DNA of 63,758 nucleotides, counting the filler, from Rhabdomonas costata (Eukaryota): the NCBI GenBank assembly GCA_019059605.1. It is 30 parts of 30 records of this genome, joined end to end, with 100 filler letters (N's around TTAATTAATTAA, not from the genome) between each part and the next. Parts side by side here need not be neighbours in the genome. Positions count along the whole stretch, not along the records: positions 1 to 2,029 come from JAHMHO010006269.1; positions 2,130 to 4,159 come from JAHMHO010006270.1; positions 4,260 to 6,288 come from JAHMHO010006271.1; positions 6,389 to 8,417 come from JAHMHO010006272.1; positions 8,518 to 10,549 come from JAHMHO010006273.1; positions 10,650 to 12,679 come from JAHMHO010006274.1; positions 12,780 to 14,813 come from JAHMHO010006275.1; 23 more parts are not named here. One strand, given 5' to 3'. The notes beneath the pieces were generated by a model that worked only from the letters and a program-made list of their open reading frames with translations, had not been told where the DNA came from and made no database searches. Position 1 is the first letter of the stretch, and each line of letters begins with the position of its first letter. This document shows positions 1-12,857 of this stretch, in pieces. The translations under genes were made by a program, and so were the position numbers.

Positions 1-603
1 TGTTTTTTGTTATCTGCCGCACACATGCTCATCTTTGGTGGGGGCTGATGAGCATGTGTGCGGCAGATAGCAAAAAATAACGAAGGAACTGCGACAGCTG
101 CGGCCAAGGAAGCAGACCAGACGTAGGGAACAGTATCAGTGAAGATTAACGGGAAAGATAACTTTAGGGTCTTTCATGCAGAGAAGGGAAACAGGGTTCA
201 ATTGGCAGAGGCCAGTGTTTCTTTTCACGACATCTCCAAATTGAATTTCCGGTTTTAAATTGGCTTCAACTTGGTATCTGGTGGTCTGAAATCGCGCATC
301 CCCCATCCCACCTCATTCATGAAGTTCCGGCTTTTCCCACTGCGTCGAAAACAACAAAGACACAAAAAAGCTTCCAGTTGAATGGAAACAAATGCTGGGT
401 GTCAGGAGGTCAGCGGAGAAGGAGAGAAAGAAGGAGTGCAACCAGTTGTACAACAAGTGCCTAAAAAGCAAATGTGGGCGAGGCGACGGGAACCACACGG
501 AAAGGGCAAAGGAGGGCGGTGACCTGCCAGCACGGATAGCCATTAGTGGATAAGCAGAGAGAGGGACAGATCTCGGGCAGCACCCAAGCAGGGGAGGCGT
601 TGG

Positions 604-1460
604 CTACATCCGGTCCGTGATTGCCCCATCCCCCTCCTCTCTGAGGCCGGGACATTCCCCCAACGCAGTTTGTATGCCGGGAGTGCATTCCTCCAACAGT
701 GTCACCGGCACTCCTGGATAGCTCTCCTTCGGTTCAGTCGTCGGTACATCGGGATGGCGATCTTCCAAAACTTCCACTGGAACCACCGGCACTTCTTGAC
801 ATTCCTTCGACGTCGTCTGCATGTCGGGATGGCAATCTTCCGAAGCTTTCACTAGCACCGGCACCTCCGGATGGCTTTCCTTTGACGCAGTCGTCTGCAC
901 ATCGGAATGGCGATCTTCCGACGCTTCCGCTAGCACTTCTGGACAGCATTCCTCCAACGGTGCCGCCGGCACTTCTGGAGAAACCGCTTGCGTGTCCGGA
1001 CGACTGTCCTCCACTGATGCCAAGCTCATCTTCAGGTGGCTTTCCTTCAAATGTACCACTGAAACCTTTTCCAACGCTGCCGCCGTCTCGGCTTCACTTC
1101 CCACCTCTGGCAATGTGGGCGTGGCCGTGCTCATCTTTCTCAGATTTCCTCCATCTGAGCCTGACTGCAGACCATCTTCCTCTGCTGGATGGGAGACTAC
1201 GGGAAATTTAGGACCGGGACCGGGGTTCTCAGCGATGGTAGAGGAGAGGGCGGCCGGAAAGGGGATCACAGAGGACCCCGGAGAGGGCAGCAGGAGGTGC
1301 CCCACACGGCAGAGGAAGCTGTGCAGAGCAGCAATCACAGTGGGGTCGTCGTTGGGGAGCAGGTCGACGAAGGTGAAGTAGAATGCAGATGCGGGGCGCT
1401 TAACCTGTGCGGACCGGTCGCGGGGCGGAGGAAAAGGACAAGCCCCAGGAGGGGGGGCCA
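604..1460 (-). CDS. Terminal exon of a hypothetical acidic/proline-rich protein with internal tandem repeats
   Basis: Long open frame ending in TAG after a ctcctgcaag acceptor. About three copies of (S/L)ED(R/C)H(P/S)D(V/M)xTTxxKExxPEVPV. A further upstream exon is likely near 1925-2000. Confidence 0.5.
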
Positions 1461-2029
1461 CTTGCAGGAGTGAACAGATGAGTGCACATTTAGCAGTGAC
1501 GCCGACACAACAAGACACGTCACCATAGAATGCAAACACAACACCCGTCACACATCTGGACGACCAACGATCGTTTCATTCGGTTGCAAAACACACTACT
1601 GCGCCAAAAGTTTCAAAGAAAAACAATTCTCACCTCTGTAGACATAGCGCACTGGGGTGGAAACCGAAAAAAAGCGACCACCGCGCTCAATAGCACGAAC
1701 CTAAAACCATAGAAATAGCATCCAAACAGATGCGCGTTGAGCGCTCTTCATCGCAGCATCACGTCTTTGCCGGCTTGTATTCACGAATACACTCGATAAA
1801 ATTCCCACAAACGATATCCCTTGAGTACGATGAGTCCAAAGCATGCTGCAGGGCAAAACTGCAAGCTGGGCTTCCTTGGAGGCACCGCGGAAAGAGTAAA
1901 GCACAAGCAGCGGGTGCGCGTCCACCTTCTCGTCGGGAAGTTCGGCGCAGCTGGCGAGGAACTGGCACACCACGCGGTTCAGAACAGCAACCTCCTGGCG
2001 GGAGGGCGAGCCCCCACCCCCACCCCCAC

Positions 2030-2129
2030 NNNNNNNNNNNNNNNNNNNNNNNNNNNNNNNNNNNNNNNNNNNNTTAATTAATTAANNNNNNNNNNNNNNN
2101 NNNNNNNNNNNNNNNNNNNNNNNNNNNNN
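2030..2129. other. Artificial contig spacer (first of 29 identical N44-TTAATTAATTAA-N44 linkers)
   Basis: The same 100-nt block, with stops in all six frames, recurs about every 2.13 kb. ORFs that run into X's are artefacts and there is no synteny across spacers. Confidence 0.98.
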
Positions 2130-3149
2130 TTTTGTTGGGGAACGCTCCCAGGCTGGTCCTGCGGCCTCTCTGCCGGGTAGAACCACTGGTGCAGTGAGGG
2201 CACGTTTGCTCGGCATAACCATCCATGCTCGTTCACTTTGGGTCCTTGGAAGGGATTTCCCGCCCATTCCTCCACGGTGGGTTATAATTCGAGTGAGCTC
2301 GAGACGGCGGTGGCGGGTGATGGCATTTTCAAATTTTCACTTCTTGGTAGCATCAGTGGGGGCATTTCAAAATTCAATTGCGAGAGACCCGGAGAAGTGC
2401 GAGGGTTTGCTTCTGGCCGTTGTGTTGCACACGCTTGGGGGGCGTGGCCAGTAATTGCACCGCGGAGCAGCGCGAATTTGAGCCCAACCGGTTCTGCCCA
2501 AAAACCATTTCCAAAATAAATTACGAAGAAATTCGATTTTCGAAAACTTTCGATTTTTTATCGTTAAAACCGTTGATTTTTATCGTTTGAAAGTCACCAG
2601 CGGGTTGGGTTGTCAGCAAAGTAAGTTGGTCCTTAAGCTCCAAGTGAGAGGCGAGGTGACGGAGCGATGTCGGAGCACCTTTACCCACCTGTGTGTGTGA
2701 GGAGGGGGGGCTCGCAGCTCCGACATGTGCCACGATGCCCCCTCGTTCCTGCCCTTTGGGGACCCTGCACTGGATCAATCCATCCTTCCCGCACTGCAGA
2801 TCTAGCATGTGCACTGCCGACGACTGCTGCAGACCCGGTACTTGCTAGCGAGGCAGCCTCCCCGCTGCCCTGTTTCCTCCCAGTCATTCATACTCACCGG
2901 CTCAGGGCTTTCAAATGGATCTCCCCATTGTTCTCTTTCAGCTCTTCCGTTCCACCTTTCCCCCATTGGGCTCTTCTTCTCCACTTCACATTCCTTTGCA
3001 GTTGTGTGGTCCCACCTACTCCCTCCACGTGCCATTTCTACCTTTACACAGCTTCTCAGCTCTTTTCTTTTGAGTGTGTCTGAAGCGCAGTTGTGTTTGT
3101 TCCCCTCCCTTCCCTGCGTTTTCATCCCTGCTCTTGCTCTTAGCCTGCT

Positions 3150-3224
3150 TCTTTCTCTCTCGCTCTCTTTCGCTCTCGCTCTCGCTCTCTCTCGCTCTCG
3201 CTCTCGCTCTCGCTCTCGCTCTCG

Positions 3225-3255
<31 letters not shown>
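3150..3255. repeat. Compound (CTCGCT)n/(CT)n microsatellite
   Basis: Directly visible; it produces the spurious RE/RS/LA-repeat ORFs in the track. Confidence 0.95.
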
Positions 3256-3643
3256 ATCTGGACATTTAACTCGCCACTGGGTTGGGACTTTGATCCCATA
3301 CTGTATCCCTTCCTCTTCATTGCTTTCGTCGATCCACCGAGATAGTCACTGAACTCCCGACAAGTTCCCGGTGTCTTTGGGGCGCTGATCATGCTTTTTC
3401 GAGGGCCTTTTTCGACCTTCGTGTCCTTCCCTATTCTGATGCTGTAGAAAAAAAATTGCTGCAAATGGGTCTCCTCCGGGCAACGTGTCGTACGAATGAA
3501 TGGCCCTGCAACTTCGAATTTATATATTGATTTGAATTTGTTCAAAGCAATCAATTTACACCAATGCGGGTGGTCAGGAGAGGAGACAAGGACAAGTTAG
3601 CACCAAAACCCGAATTGCTCTTTAGTGCACGCAAGAGGCGCAC

Positions 3644-3776
3644 CGTCGTTCAGGGACTTGTATCCCTCGGCTACAATGTTCGTGTGGTGCACAAAAACAT
3701 CGGTGCCCGAGGAGGTAGAGATGAAGCCAAAGCCCTTCTCCGAGTTGAACCACTTCACAGTTCCCGTCTCTGACAT
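3644..3776 (-). CDS. Cold-shock domain protein, first coding exon
   Basis: Translates [45 protein letters not shown], with RNP1 (KGFGFI) and RNP2 (VFVH). A phase-1 GT donor follows at 3643. Not in the ORF track. Confidence 0.93.
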
Positions 3777-4334
3777 GTTGTCCTCTCAGGGAAAAAAGGA
3801 AAACAAACCTGAGGAAGCACCAATGCAAGAATTAGGTAAAAATACGAAGCCTTGAACAGTGCGCACGGTGGTGGCGGATCTCTTCAGAACGACCACGTCT
3901 TGTAAATCAAACGTATCCGGGGGAAAATTTTTGGTGGGTGGTGCATTTAACGTTCAGTACCACTTAACATTCAGCACCCTAAACAGTCATAATTTACTAA
4001 CTCCCTTTAAATTAGATTTGTCTGCATGGGGCAGAAGAATTGTACACCCAACCCCATGTTGCTAAAATCGATGCACTGAGAGGCAGATGACACAGTTTAC
4101 CTAACCCCGGATACGTTTGATTTACAAGACGTGGTCGTTCTGAAGAGATCCACCCCCACNNNNNNNNNNNNNNNNNNNNNNNNNNNNNNNNNNNNNNNNN
4201 NNNTTAATTAATTAANNNNNNNNNNNNNNNNNNNNNNNNNNNNNNNNNNNNNNNNNNNNGGGGGTGGTTGGTCTCAGAGATTTAGGGTGTGTGTGATGAC
4301 CTGGGAAGTTACTCACTAGTACTGTGAGCCTTTT

Positions 4335-4860
4335 GGGTGGAAAGACATTGAGGTTGAAGCAGATGAATGTAAAATTGGCAGGAAGAGAAAAGACCTGCAT
4401 GGGCATGATACTGATGTATAAGGGGATTTCAGGGGACTTTTTGAGAGGGGTACTGTGAGGATCTTCATTGATCCTTATGACAAACTGAAAAAGTATTTGG
4501 ATGACAGGAGGTTTGGTCCACCTAGTATTGAAAATGTTCGCCCTTTGGTCGACATGCTGGATACTTTGTCCATTCTTTACTCCTATGGTGCCCGGGCTTA
4601 TGAGTCTTTGGCGATGGAAAAGGGCATCCGATGGTCTTTCGTGGATCACTCTGGTGGTGAATATGTCCGCCGTGAGCGATTGTGTGGCAAACTAAGAGTG
4701 GTGTCTACCAATGGCATAGACGGCACATGGGGTCGGCTAAAGACCTTCCTAATGGCAAGAGGTGTGGTGTCTCAGGACCATCAAGAGTTCCAGTGGCGCA
4801 GGAACCTCCTTGAGGATGCTGATCCACTCATTTACCTTATTTCCTGTGTCGCTTACAGGA
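4335..4860 (+). mobile_element. Degenerate Merlin (IS1595/ISXO2-like) DDE transposase
   Basis: Motifs EVEADECKIGRKRK, GLFERGT, LYSYGARAYESL (SDG mutated to SYG), VDHSGGEYV, STNGIDGTWGRLK and EFQWRRN. In-frame TAA at 4419-4421. Confidence 0.8.
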
Positions 4861-6399
4861 ACACAACAAACAACGCTGATTCGTGTACGTATTTAATGCG
4901 GCCCACCACTCCTTCACGGTTTCTAGCCACACGTACGTGGATATCAAACTATTTAACTTCATTCTGATGATTGACAACATGAAGTCTTTGTGGAGAAGAT
5001 TGTGCTCTCAATTGTCGTAAAGAAATCTCCAACGACTTATCACCCACGCCACAAAGACAACAACAGAAACATATGCGCCTATATCTAACCTGGTTAGCAA
5101 CGCCATCAAGCGGACACTGTAAAGCACTGACACATCAGCGACAGACTTTATTAGCGCAGACCAGACAATTTCAAACAATCAGCTGACTGAGCAAGAAGAC
5201 AACAGAGCTTGGTAAAACCTTCCACTTCATCAGCATATTCTGACATGTGCTGATAAGAGCGCTTTGGTTCCAATTGCCGCGAATCACCGTAGATCATGGA
5301 TCCGCTCAACTACTGATGACACTGAGCACTAAGCAGCGTGAAGCTAAACCACGTGCTGTGGAAACAGTGTTTATTCCATAAGTTTATTGCACGTTTCACG
5401 GGTGTTGTAACTCATTTCCAATAGTGAGAAATAATGCACGGTTCAGCTTTTGTATACTGATATGGTTGCAAAGAAACACCTCATTCACAGTCCCACATCT
5501 CAAATTTACACCCTCCGTTTTTCGTGCCACAACTGCATGGTGCATCGGTTTGTTTTTAGCTTTTTAGTATTTCATTCAACACATAAGCAGACATTCACCA
5601 TCTTCAAGTTTCGTACCTCTGGTGTGTTGATGCATGTTAGGCACGGGCTTGAGTGTGGTCTAAAACAAAAATGCGTAGCGCAAGCCTTCGTTCGAGTGCA
5701 GTTGTTGCTTCTAACTTGGCGACACCCACAGATTCAATACAGGTTAATTTACTGTTGGCCAGATTTCTATCAAGTGCTTATATATTTAATTGCACTTCGC
5801 TTTCAGTCATTTGAGTTCAAAGAATAATTATCCAGAATACTAAGCGGAGTTGGCCTCAAACTCAGAGACCTCCATGCTTTAAAAGTCTTACGCCGAGCAG
5901 TCGTCGTTGGTTTCCCATGTTAATTATTAACTACAGATTTTCTCTCATGAAGCCGTAAGGTTAACAAAAAGTTCATCTAACAACAGATGAAACGCCAAAA
6001 TCACGTGGACCCCATTTACAACGGCATCCAAATATCCAAATCGGGCACAAGTGCATTTGTGTCCCCCCCATATCAAGTGCATTTATGCCCCTCGCCACGT
6101 ACCCACCCAAAAGCTTATTTTTCAATCCCGGGAACCGTGCACCGCTACCTAACACCTGCAAATCCATTTATTAGAATCCCAGGGAACACGTACATCACCT
6201 CCTAACCCCATGCAAACTAAGAAATGGGACCAAAAAACAAAAATTGACAGATCACTCTACCGGGGGGGGGCCTAAATGAACTTGCGCCNNNNNNNNNNNN
6301 NNNNNNNNNNNNNNNNNNNNNNNNNNNNNNNNTTAATTAATTAANNNNNNNNNNNNNNNNNNNNNNNNNNNNNNNNNNNNNNNNNNNNGGTGGGTGGGG

Positions 6400-7211
6400 T
6401 CCTGGGGTGCTCGGTGTCGGTGATGACTAGGGAGATGTTGTAGAAGATGTGGGTCTTGCGGGAGCGCGTGAGGTCTGGGGACCACGCCTCGAAGAACTTC
6501 TGCTGCTGATTCCACTGCTGCAGCCGGCGCTCCTGCTCCTCCTTGCGGTCCACCTACTCCACCAAAAGGGACACAGAGGTCAATTTATGTGTCGTCGTTG
6601 CAAAAGGGGACGGAACCCCGTGGAGCTCTCTCACCACGCATCATGTGAAGAGGCTGCTCCACACACATCCACACACAGCTCATCCTGCAAGAGCGGGGGC
6701 AAGGCCCATTGCGGAATTCACAGCATTGTTGGTCGACAGCGGGGAAAAGTTTCGGCTGCAGGCACTGGCGGGACACAGCAGACATCTCGGCTATGTCTAG
6801 ATATTCGTTCTCTATAGACCCTCAAAAGCCATAGGAAGGATTGGTACCCCACTTGCGGTGGGGTACCAATATCGGCCTCCTTCGGTGCTAACCAGAATTA
6901 TCGAAGGTGCACTGCCGCAGTAGAAACGAAACCCCACTAACCCAAAGACAAAATCATTTCAAGGGTGCCGGGACACTTTTACCAAACCTTCTTTTACGAG
7001 GAAATTTAAGACAGCCGGAAACCATAATCACCCCCCCTCCTCATCGTAAATTGGTTCACCTACGGGGGGTGGGGTTCGGGATGACCTCCTCAAAGACTCC
7101 CTCGTGGTAGGGAAACTTGTTGTAGTCCAGGGCTAGCACGTGGGCCAGGGAGTGACTGATCCGAGGCGCTAAGATGTACGGCTGCTCCGGACCATCCAGG
7201 AACTGCGACTG
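6400..7211 (-). CDS. Two exons of a hypothetical protein (about 7086-7211 and 6400-6553)
   Basis: GC3-rich coding-like frames joined in phase 0 by a GT-AG intron (...YHEGVFEE|VDRKEEQERRLQQW...). No family recognised. Confidence 0.5.
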
Positions 7212-7237
7212 CTGAGAGACCAGAGTCAGGGGAAAGA

Positions 7238-7280
7238 GAGTGAGTGAGTGATTGAGTGAGTGAGTGAGTGAGTGAGTGAG
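7238..7280. repeat. (GAGT)n microsatellite
   Basis: Directly visible. Confidence 0.9.
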
Positions 7281-10200
7281 CGGGAGAAACCATCCTAAGG
7301 GGGCACCTCTCCACAAAACCCCCCGTATCATCAGCATTTCTTAGCAAATCTAATCTACTAGAGCCCATTCTGGCACCCCTATCCCTAACCAACAACCCCT
7401 GAAAGCATTTGTATTCAAAGGCGGGCGGATGTTCAGGTACAAAACGCAACCAACCGAAAACCAAAGGGGTCCGAGGGAAAAAGGTGAAAGGGGGATGTAC
7501 TACTCAGCAGAAACTACTGGAGTTTGCTTCGGCTTACCCCCACCCCCGTCCTCCTCTCTGTGGACGAGTGCTGGGTCCTTTTGCACCTGCCGACGGAGCA
7601 GTTCCCTCCTCAGCTCTTCCTCTTCGCACCGATGTGGTTCCCTCCCCCCATCCGTCGTTTGCAGTGTGTTCCAGTGTGCACTCTATGTGCATATGTTTGT
7701 TGTTTGCCTGCCCCGTGAGCAGTGACGCTCACTTTAGCGTCAGAATTTCATGCTCACGATTTGGTCTAGCTAGCAGAGCTCGGTTATAGGTCAATCGAAA
7801 AAAAACTGCTGGATACCGAAAAAAAAAGCATTTGAATGGCGCACGCATCGCCCTCCAACCCAGCGAAAAGATGGGTGCAGTGGTTTCTGGGAACGAAAAT
7901 CTGAAAAACCAAACTGACAAAAACCCGATTTCAAAAAGGGCCCCCAGATGGCGATTTCAAGTTTGCGTTTGCAAAACCTCCTGTTCCCACGCCGCTAGAA
8001 TGATTGGCTATCCTAAAGAATTTCGAAAACGGTCTTCTTCCACCATTGGAGATAACCCCAAGACCACATTTTTCCGACCACTTTTTTGCTATGCCGATTT
8101 CGCCTGCTCTCGCCCATTTTATGACAATTGTAATTTGTTGTGACGGGAAAACGCCCAGGCACAGAGTGGAGGGGACTGAGTATCCCCCCAACTTTTTTCC
8201 GAGTTTCGTCAACTGGTTTCCATCCAAAAGTACGGAATTCAGCGATGGGGGTGTTAGTCGTGAGTGTGAGTGTGCGAGTGTGTGTGTGTGTGTATTGGGC
8301 GCATTGCGCGCTGGCTGTTGCCTGATTGACTGGTTGCTAGCTTGTTGGTGACCACTGTGGACTGACGGGCGCACGCGCTTTGGCCACAGGTCACCAATAA
8401 GCTAGCAACCAAAACAANNNNNNNNNNNNNNNNNNNNNNNNNNNNNNNNNNNNNNNNNNNNTTAATTAATTAANNNNNNNNNNNNNNNNNNNNNNNNNNN
8501 NNNNNNNNNNNNNNNNNTTTTGTGTTTGTCTTCTCTTCGGATATAACCCCCCTTCTAAAATGAGGACGGTCAATAAGTCATTTGCGAGAGAAGCAGAAGG
8601 ACAGACAAGGAATTGTGGATTGTGTAATTGGCAAGCGCTGTTTAAAAATCGTAAAACCGTCGCTCCTCTTACAAAATGGGTTACAAAACTTTTGCGGACA
8701 TTCTGATGCTTTCTGCCTTGGGGCGAAGACGAAACGATCAGAAAGAATCGAAACAGACGTTTGCACGGAATAAGAACGTCAGGGACGAACAGCCGTACAA
8801 ACATGCGGCGGCAAACAAAAGTTGTTGACAAAGCTGATGCGAAGAAGAAAACATGAGCTTCTTGGAGCAAACTGACACGGTAGGTTTGCGAGGGTTCAAG
8901 GCAGGACACAGCGGCGGAAGCACAGAAGCACAAAGGGCCGAATCAAAAAAGGGGGGGCTTCTAGGAGAGGCGCGCGGGCAGACGAAAGACAGAAGTTTTC
9001 CACAGACCTGTTTGGTCCGATGGTTCATCCGGTCGGTTCGGCGGCACGCGGATAAAGGCCGTTTCTTTTTCAGGAGCCAAAGCGTCTCGCAGGTGGGTGA
9101 CGAAAGGCGGCTGCACGACGGCAAAACATCAAAAACCGAAAGGATTAGCAAAGCAAAAAAATCGCATACCGTCAACGGTCAGAGGGGGATTCACAGCTCA
9201 AAGCCATTTGTTTCTAAACATAGACAGAAGCTCCGAATCCCATGATACGACAGTGAAAGGGCCGGTTGCCCGGCACTTAAGGACATTGGCAATAAAAATA
9301 TTAGTGCTATGGTTTATTTTCAACTTGACGCTTTTCAATGTGTTTGAGAAAATCATACCACATCACGAGTGAGCAACCAAGGTTTCGGAGGACTATGCGG
9401 AGCAACAAGAGTCAAAAAGGAAGAAGCCGTGGAAGAGATGCATTAACGAGCTTAAAAACATTATCAAGCTGCTCAAATTAAGAAATCAAAAGAGATGGCG
9501 ACGTGTGGTTTTGCTCAAGCTGATCCTTAAAAGGAAACGGGAAAGAGCCCACACGCCTCGCGCAAGGTCAGATGAGTCAAGTTTGTACAGGTAGCCCTGA
9601 GGCACCAACACTGATGCAGGCGAGGAGCGTGGTGCTACAGCACACGCCTGAACTTTACAGAAGAATCAGTTACATGGGAACTACTTCAAGGCGTAACAAA
9701 GAAGCCGACACGGCATCATGGCAACATTCACAACACGGGGAAAGCAGACGAGGGAAATAAAACACCTGCGCCAGTCTAACCTCTTTGCTGTCTCTGCACG
9801 GATCGGCTGCGCACACATGCAGCCTACAGTGGGCAAGGGAAATACAGATATGCGCGCGGTGAAGCCAGTGCAGTACAAACCTGTCCACTCCGTCCCAAAC
9901 ATGGCTGCAAGCGGCAGCAAGCTTTCTTTGTGAAGGTTTGAGATGTCTTCCTCATCACTGCTATGAGCAGAAGCTTCTTGGGTGCCAGCCAGCTGTTTGC
10001 CGAAGCAGCTTTTCTGCTATTTCTAGAGAGCTTCAACACGGAGCACATAAATGCTCCATGCTGGCTTGCAAACTACAGCCACTCCGGAGGAGAGATCACA
10101 CATACAGAAAGAACGATATTGTTTGCAATGAAAACGTTGGAAACTGAAGAGAAAGACAGAAGCCGAGAGAATGTACCTCCAAGCAAAAACGAAACATCTC

Positions 10201-10336
10201 TAGCCAAGCCAATCCAGATGACCCACACAAGATACTGACCTACAGGAAGAAGAGAACCGCATCAAGAGCAGGAGCAAGAGACTCAAATGGCACATCCCAA
10301 TAGGTGTCCAACCGGCACCGCCTGTCCGCTCCAGGA

Positions 10337-10377
<41 letters not shown>

Positions 10378-12857
10378 CACGCCACCTCGTTGCTGGAGAT
10401 CTCCGGCTTGCAGCCGTGGCGGATCAGGATGGGGAACTTCCCGGGCTCTGGCCGGCCGCTGACCACCGAGGTGCGGCGGTCCGCGCTCCGGTCCGCGAAG
10501 TCCCATACGGACTGCCGGCGAAGCACATCCTTGCCCTGCCACCCCCCCCNNNNNNNNNNNNNNNNNNNNNNNNNNNNNNNNNNNNNNNNNNNNTTAATTA
10601 ATTAANNNNNNNNNNNNNNNNNNNNNNNNNNNNNNNNNNNNNNNNNNNNGGGTTTTGGTATACACAGAAATACCACGCGAAAATTCACCTGGTGGTGGTG
10701 AAGATGGAGTAATGAGTGATGCTTATGGTAAGGCTCTACGTGATACATAAATAGCCAGAGAGGTGACAGAATGATTAGAGGAGAGGAAGGATTATGGGAT
10801 ACTACTCCTAATTTGTATGACCCTCATTCTTCGGGCCCTGCTACGTGTAAGCATAAAAGCCCAAGATGTAGACTTATGAAGGGGAGCCCGCAGATGGCGA
10901 TATTTAATACTACGGCTTCGTATTCGTGACTCTACTGCGCGGGTATGCCTCGCAAGACTTGTCATTCTCATCCGCGAAGATAATACCAGCTAAGATGATA
11001 CCAAGGTATAGAATTCATATGGCGAAATGTTGGTATGCACGGGGATCTGGAGAGGAAACCACCACACATGCACGAAATAGAGTGATGGGCGGATGGGGGC
11101 CCGAGGTGGTTGCTGTTCGTATGCTCCCTGATGATCTCATACTCACTAAATGCTGAACAACCTATGCCTACTACGTGGTGACCTAAGTGACGGAGTAGGG
11201 CTCGGCATACTCCAAATCTAACGATGAATACAGTACAAAACCCAGATTTGTAAGCATCAAAACGCTGACATTGGATCCTGAGGTCGTGCGAAGTTGTGGT
11301 GTTTTGCAGCACTGCTCAAAATGGTGACATCTGCTTGTGAACACATCCTTGGAGATTTTTGGGAGCTGTTGGCCGAAATAAAGAATATCAAACCATTAAG
11401 TTATATAAATGAGATTTTCAACACACAAAGCCGAAGTACAAAAACACCAAACTTCCATTGGATTCCTTTTTCCCTCTGAATCAGGAAAAATAAAAATCGA
11501 AACAACATGAGTATGTGCCACCGCAAATGTCAACAGCACTTGTTCGTGCATCTAAATCTCAACCTTTTGTGTCGTAATGGGTGTACAAAGTCTTCTTGTG
11601 ACTCTGTTGCCTCGCTCTTTTTCTTGGGTTCTTCTCCTTTGGGATTCGTGGGATTCGTGAAGCGGCTCTCTTTCTGATGCAGTCGTCTTTATCGCGCTAA
11701 GGCGGCCTCCGTGACAAGTGGGAAGTCCATTTTCCATGTATGTTTTACCTGGAAATCCCATCGGAGGTGAGCCACGGCCAAGAAGTCCGACACCTGGCGC
11801 AACTGGCGCTCCAACATTCGGCTGAACAACGGAGCAATGGGTACACCGGCGCCATCAACGTGGTAATGGGCACCCATTCGCGGTATTCTGCCGATTGGTG
11901 GTTCTTGTGTCCGTTCCGGCAACGTTCTGGCTTTGCCCTTGTGTGTGCGTTTGTTTAGTGGCTTACCACTGAGGCCCACTGCGGATGGATGGGTCGATTA
12001 CGCCACCAGAAAAACCATTACAATTCACTGAAAATTCAAATTTTCTGCCACGTGGATATGCGAATCAACGTGTGTGTGTGTGTGTGTGTGTCTCTCTCTC
12101 TCTCTCTCTCTCTCTCCCTTCCCCCCCCCCCCCCCCCCCACAATTCAGTTCAGCTGAATTGTTCCCTTTTTTGCGGCCACATCTCATAGTCCAACTTCCA
12201 TCGTTATGCCCACAGTTCAGCAGAGTAGCGCTGAAGGAAATCAACCGAAGAGATGAAAAGGAAAAATTTAGGCGATTTAATAATGCAATAAATTGCGCTC
12301 TGGGCAGTTGTGCTTGTGGTATTGAGCAAATTGCACCCCAATGTAAGGTGAAGACAAGAAAAACCCTTAAACAACCGATAGAAAACATGGTAAATATTGT
12401 CATTTTCTCAAAAATCAGCCCAACACCGACCACCACTTCCACCCCACAAACCACAAGAGACTATTCCCCAAAACTCCACTAAAGCGATGGCGACTAAAAA
12501 CGGGAGGGGCGAAACTGTGCCAATAGCCCTTTCTTATCTCAACCCATCCCGTTGTTTTGGGGTGGTTTTCCTTCTTCCGGGATAGGTAGTGACGGCAGAA
12601 GAAACGAAGGACCGCCGGTATGTCAAAGAAAAAACATGAAAGACTGCGGCACGTCCGCCGCAGGAGCCCGGCGGGTCAANNNNNNNNNNNNNNNNNNNNN
12701 NNNNNNNNNNNNNNNNNNNNNNNTTAATTAATTAANNNNNNNNNNNNNNNNNNNNNNNNNNNNNNNNNNNNNNNNNNNNGGTTTTGCAAAGAACTTTGGG
12801 GAGAGAGAGAGAGATGTGAGAAGGCGTGTTGGTAGCGGCCTTCTCATTTTTCCGAAG

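Noticed and set aside
1-78. Hairpin of about 30 bp at the window start
   Set aside because: Located at a contig start, with its mismatch in the G/T primer-like zone; probable artefact.
2074-2085. Regularly spaced TTAATTAATTAA resembling a repeat array or CRISPR
   Set aside because: It is the synthetic six-frame stop linker embedded in Ns.
2802-3554. ORFs with RE/RS/LA dipeptide runs (SR-protein-like)
   Set aside because: They are translations of a microsatellite. The same applies to the HNTTQ/CCVVL (13691-14446) and YHTIP/WYGMV (39114-39674) ORFs.
3876-4152. 47-bp perfect inverted repeat, possible MITE
   Set aside because: Identical arms with the second abutting the contig end; cannot be told apart from an inversion chimera.
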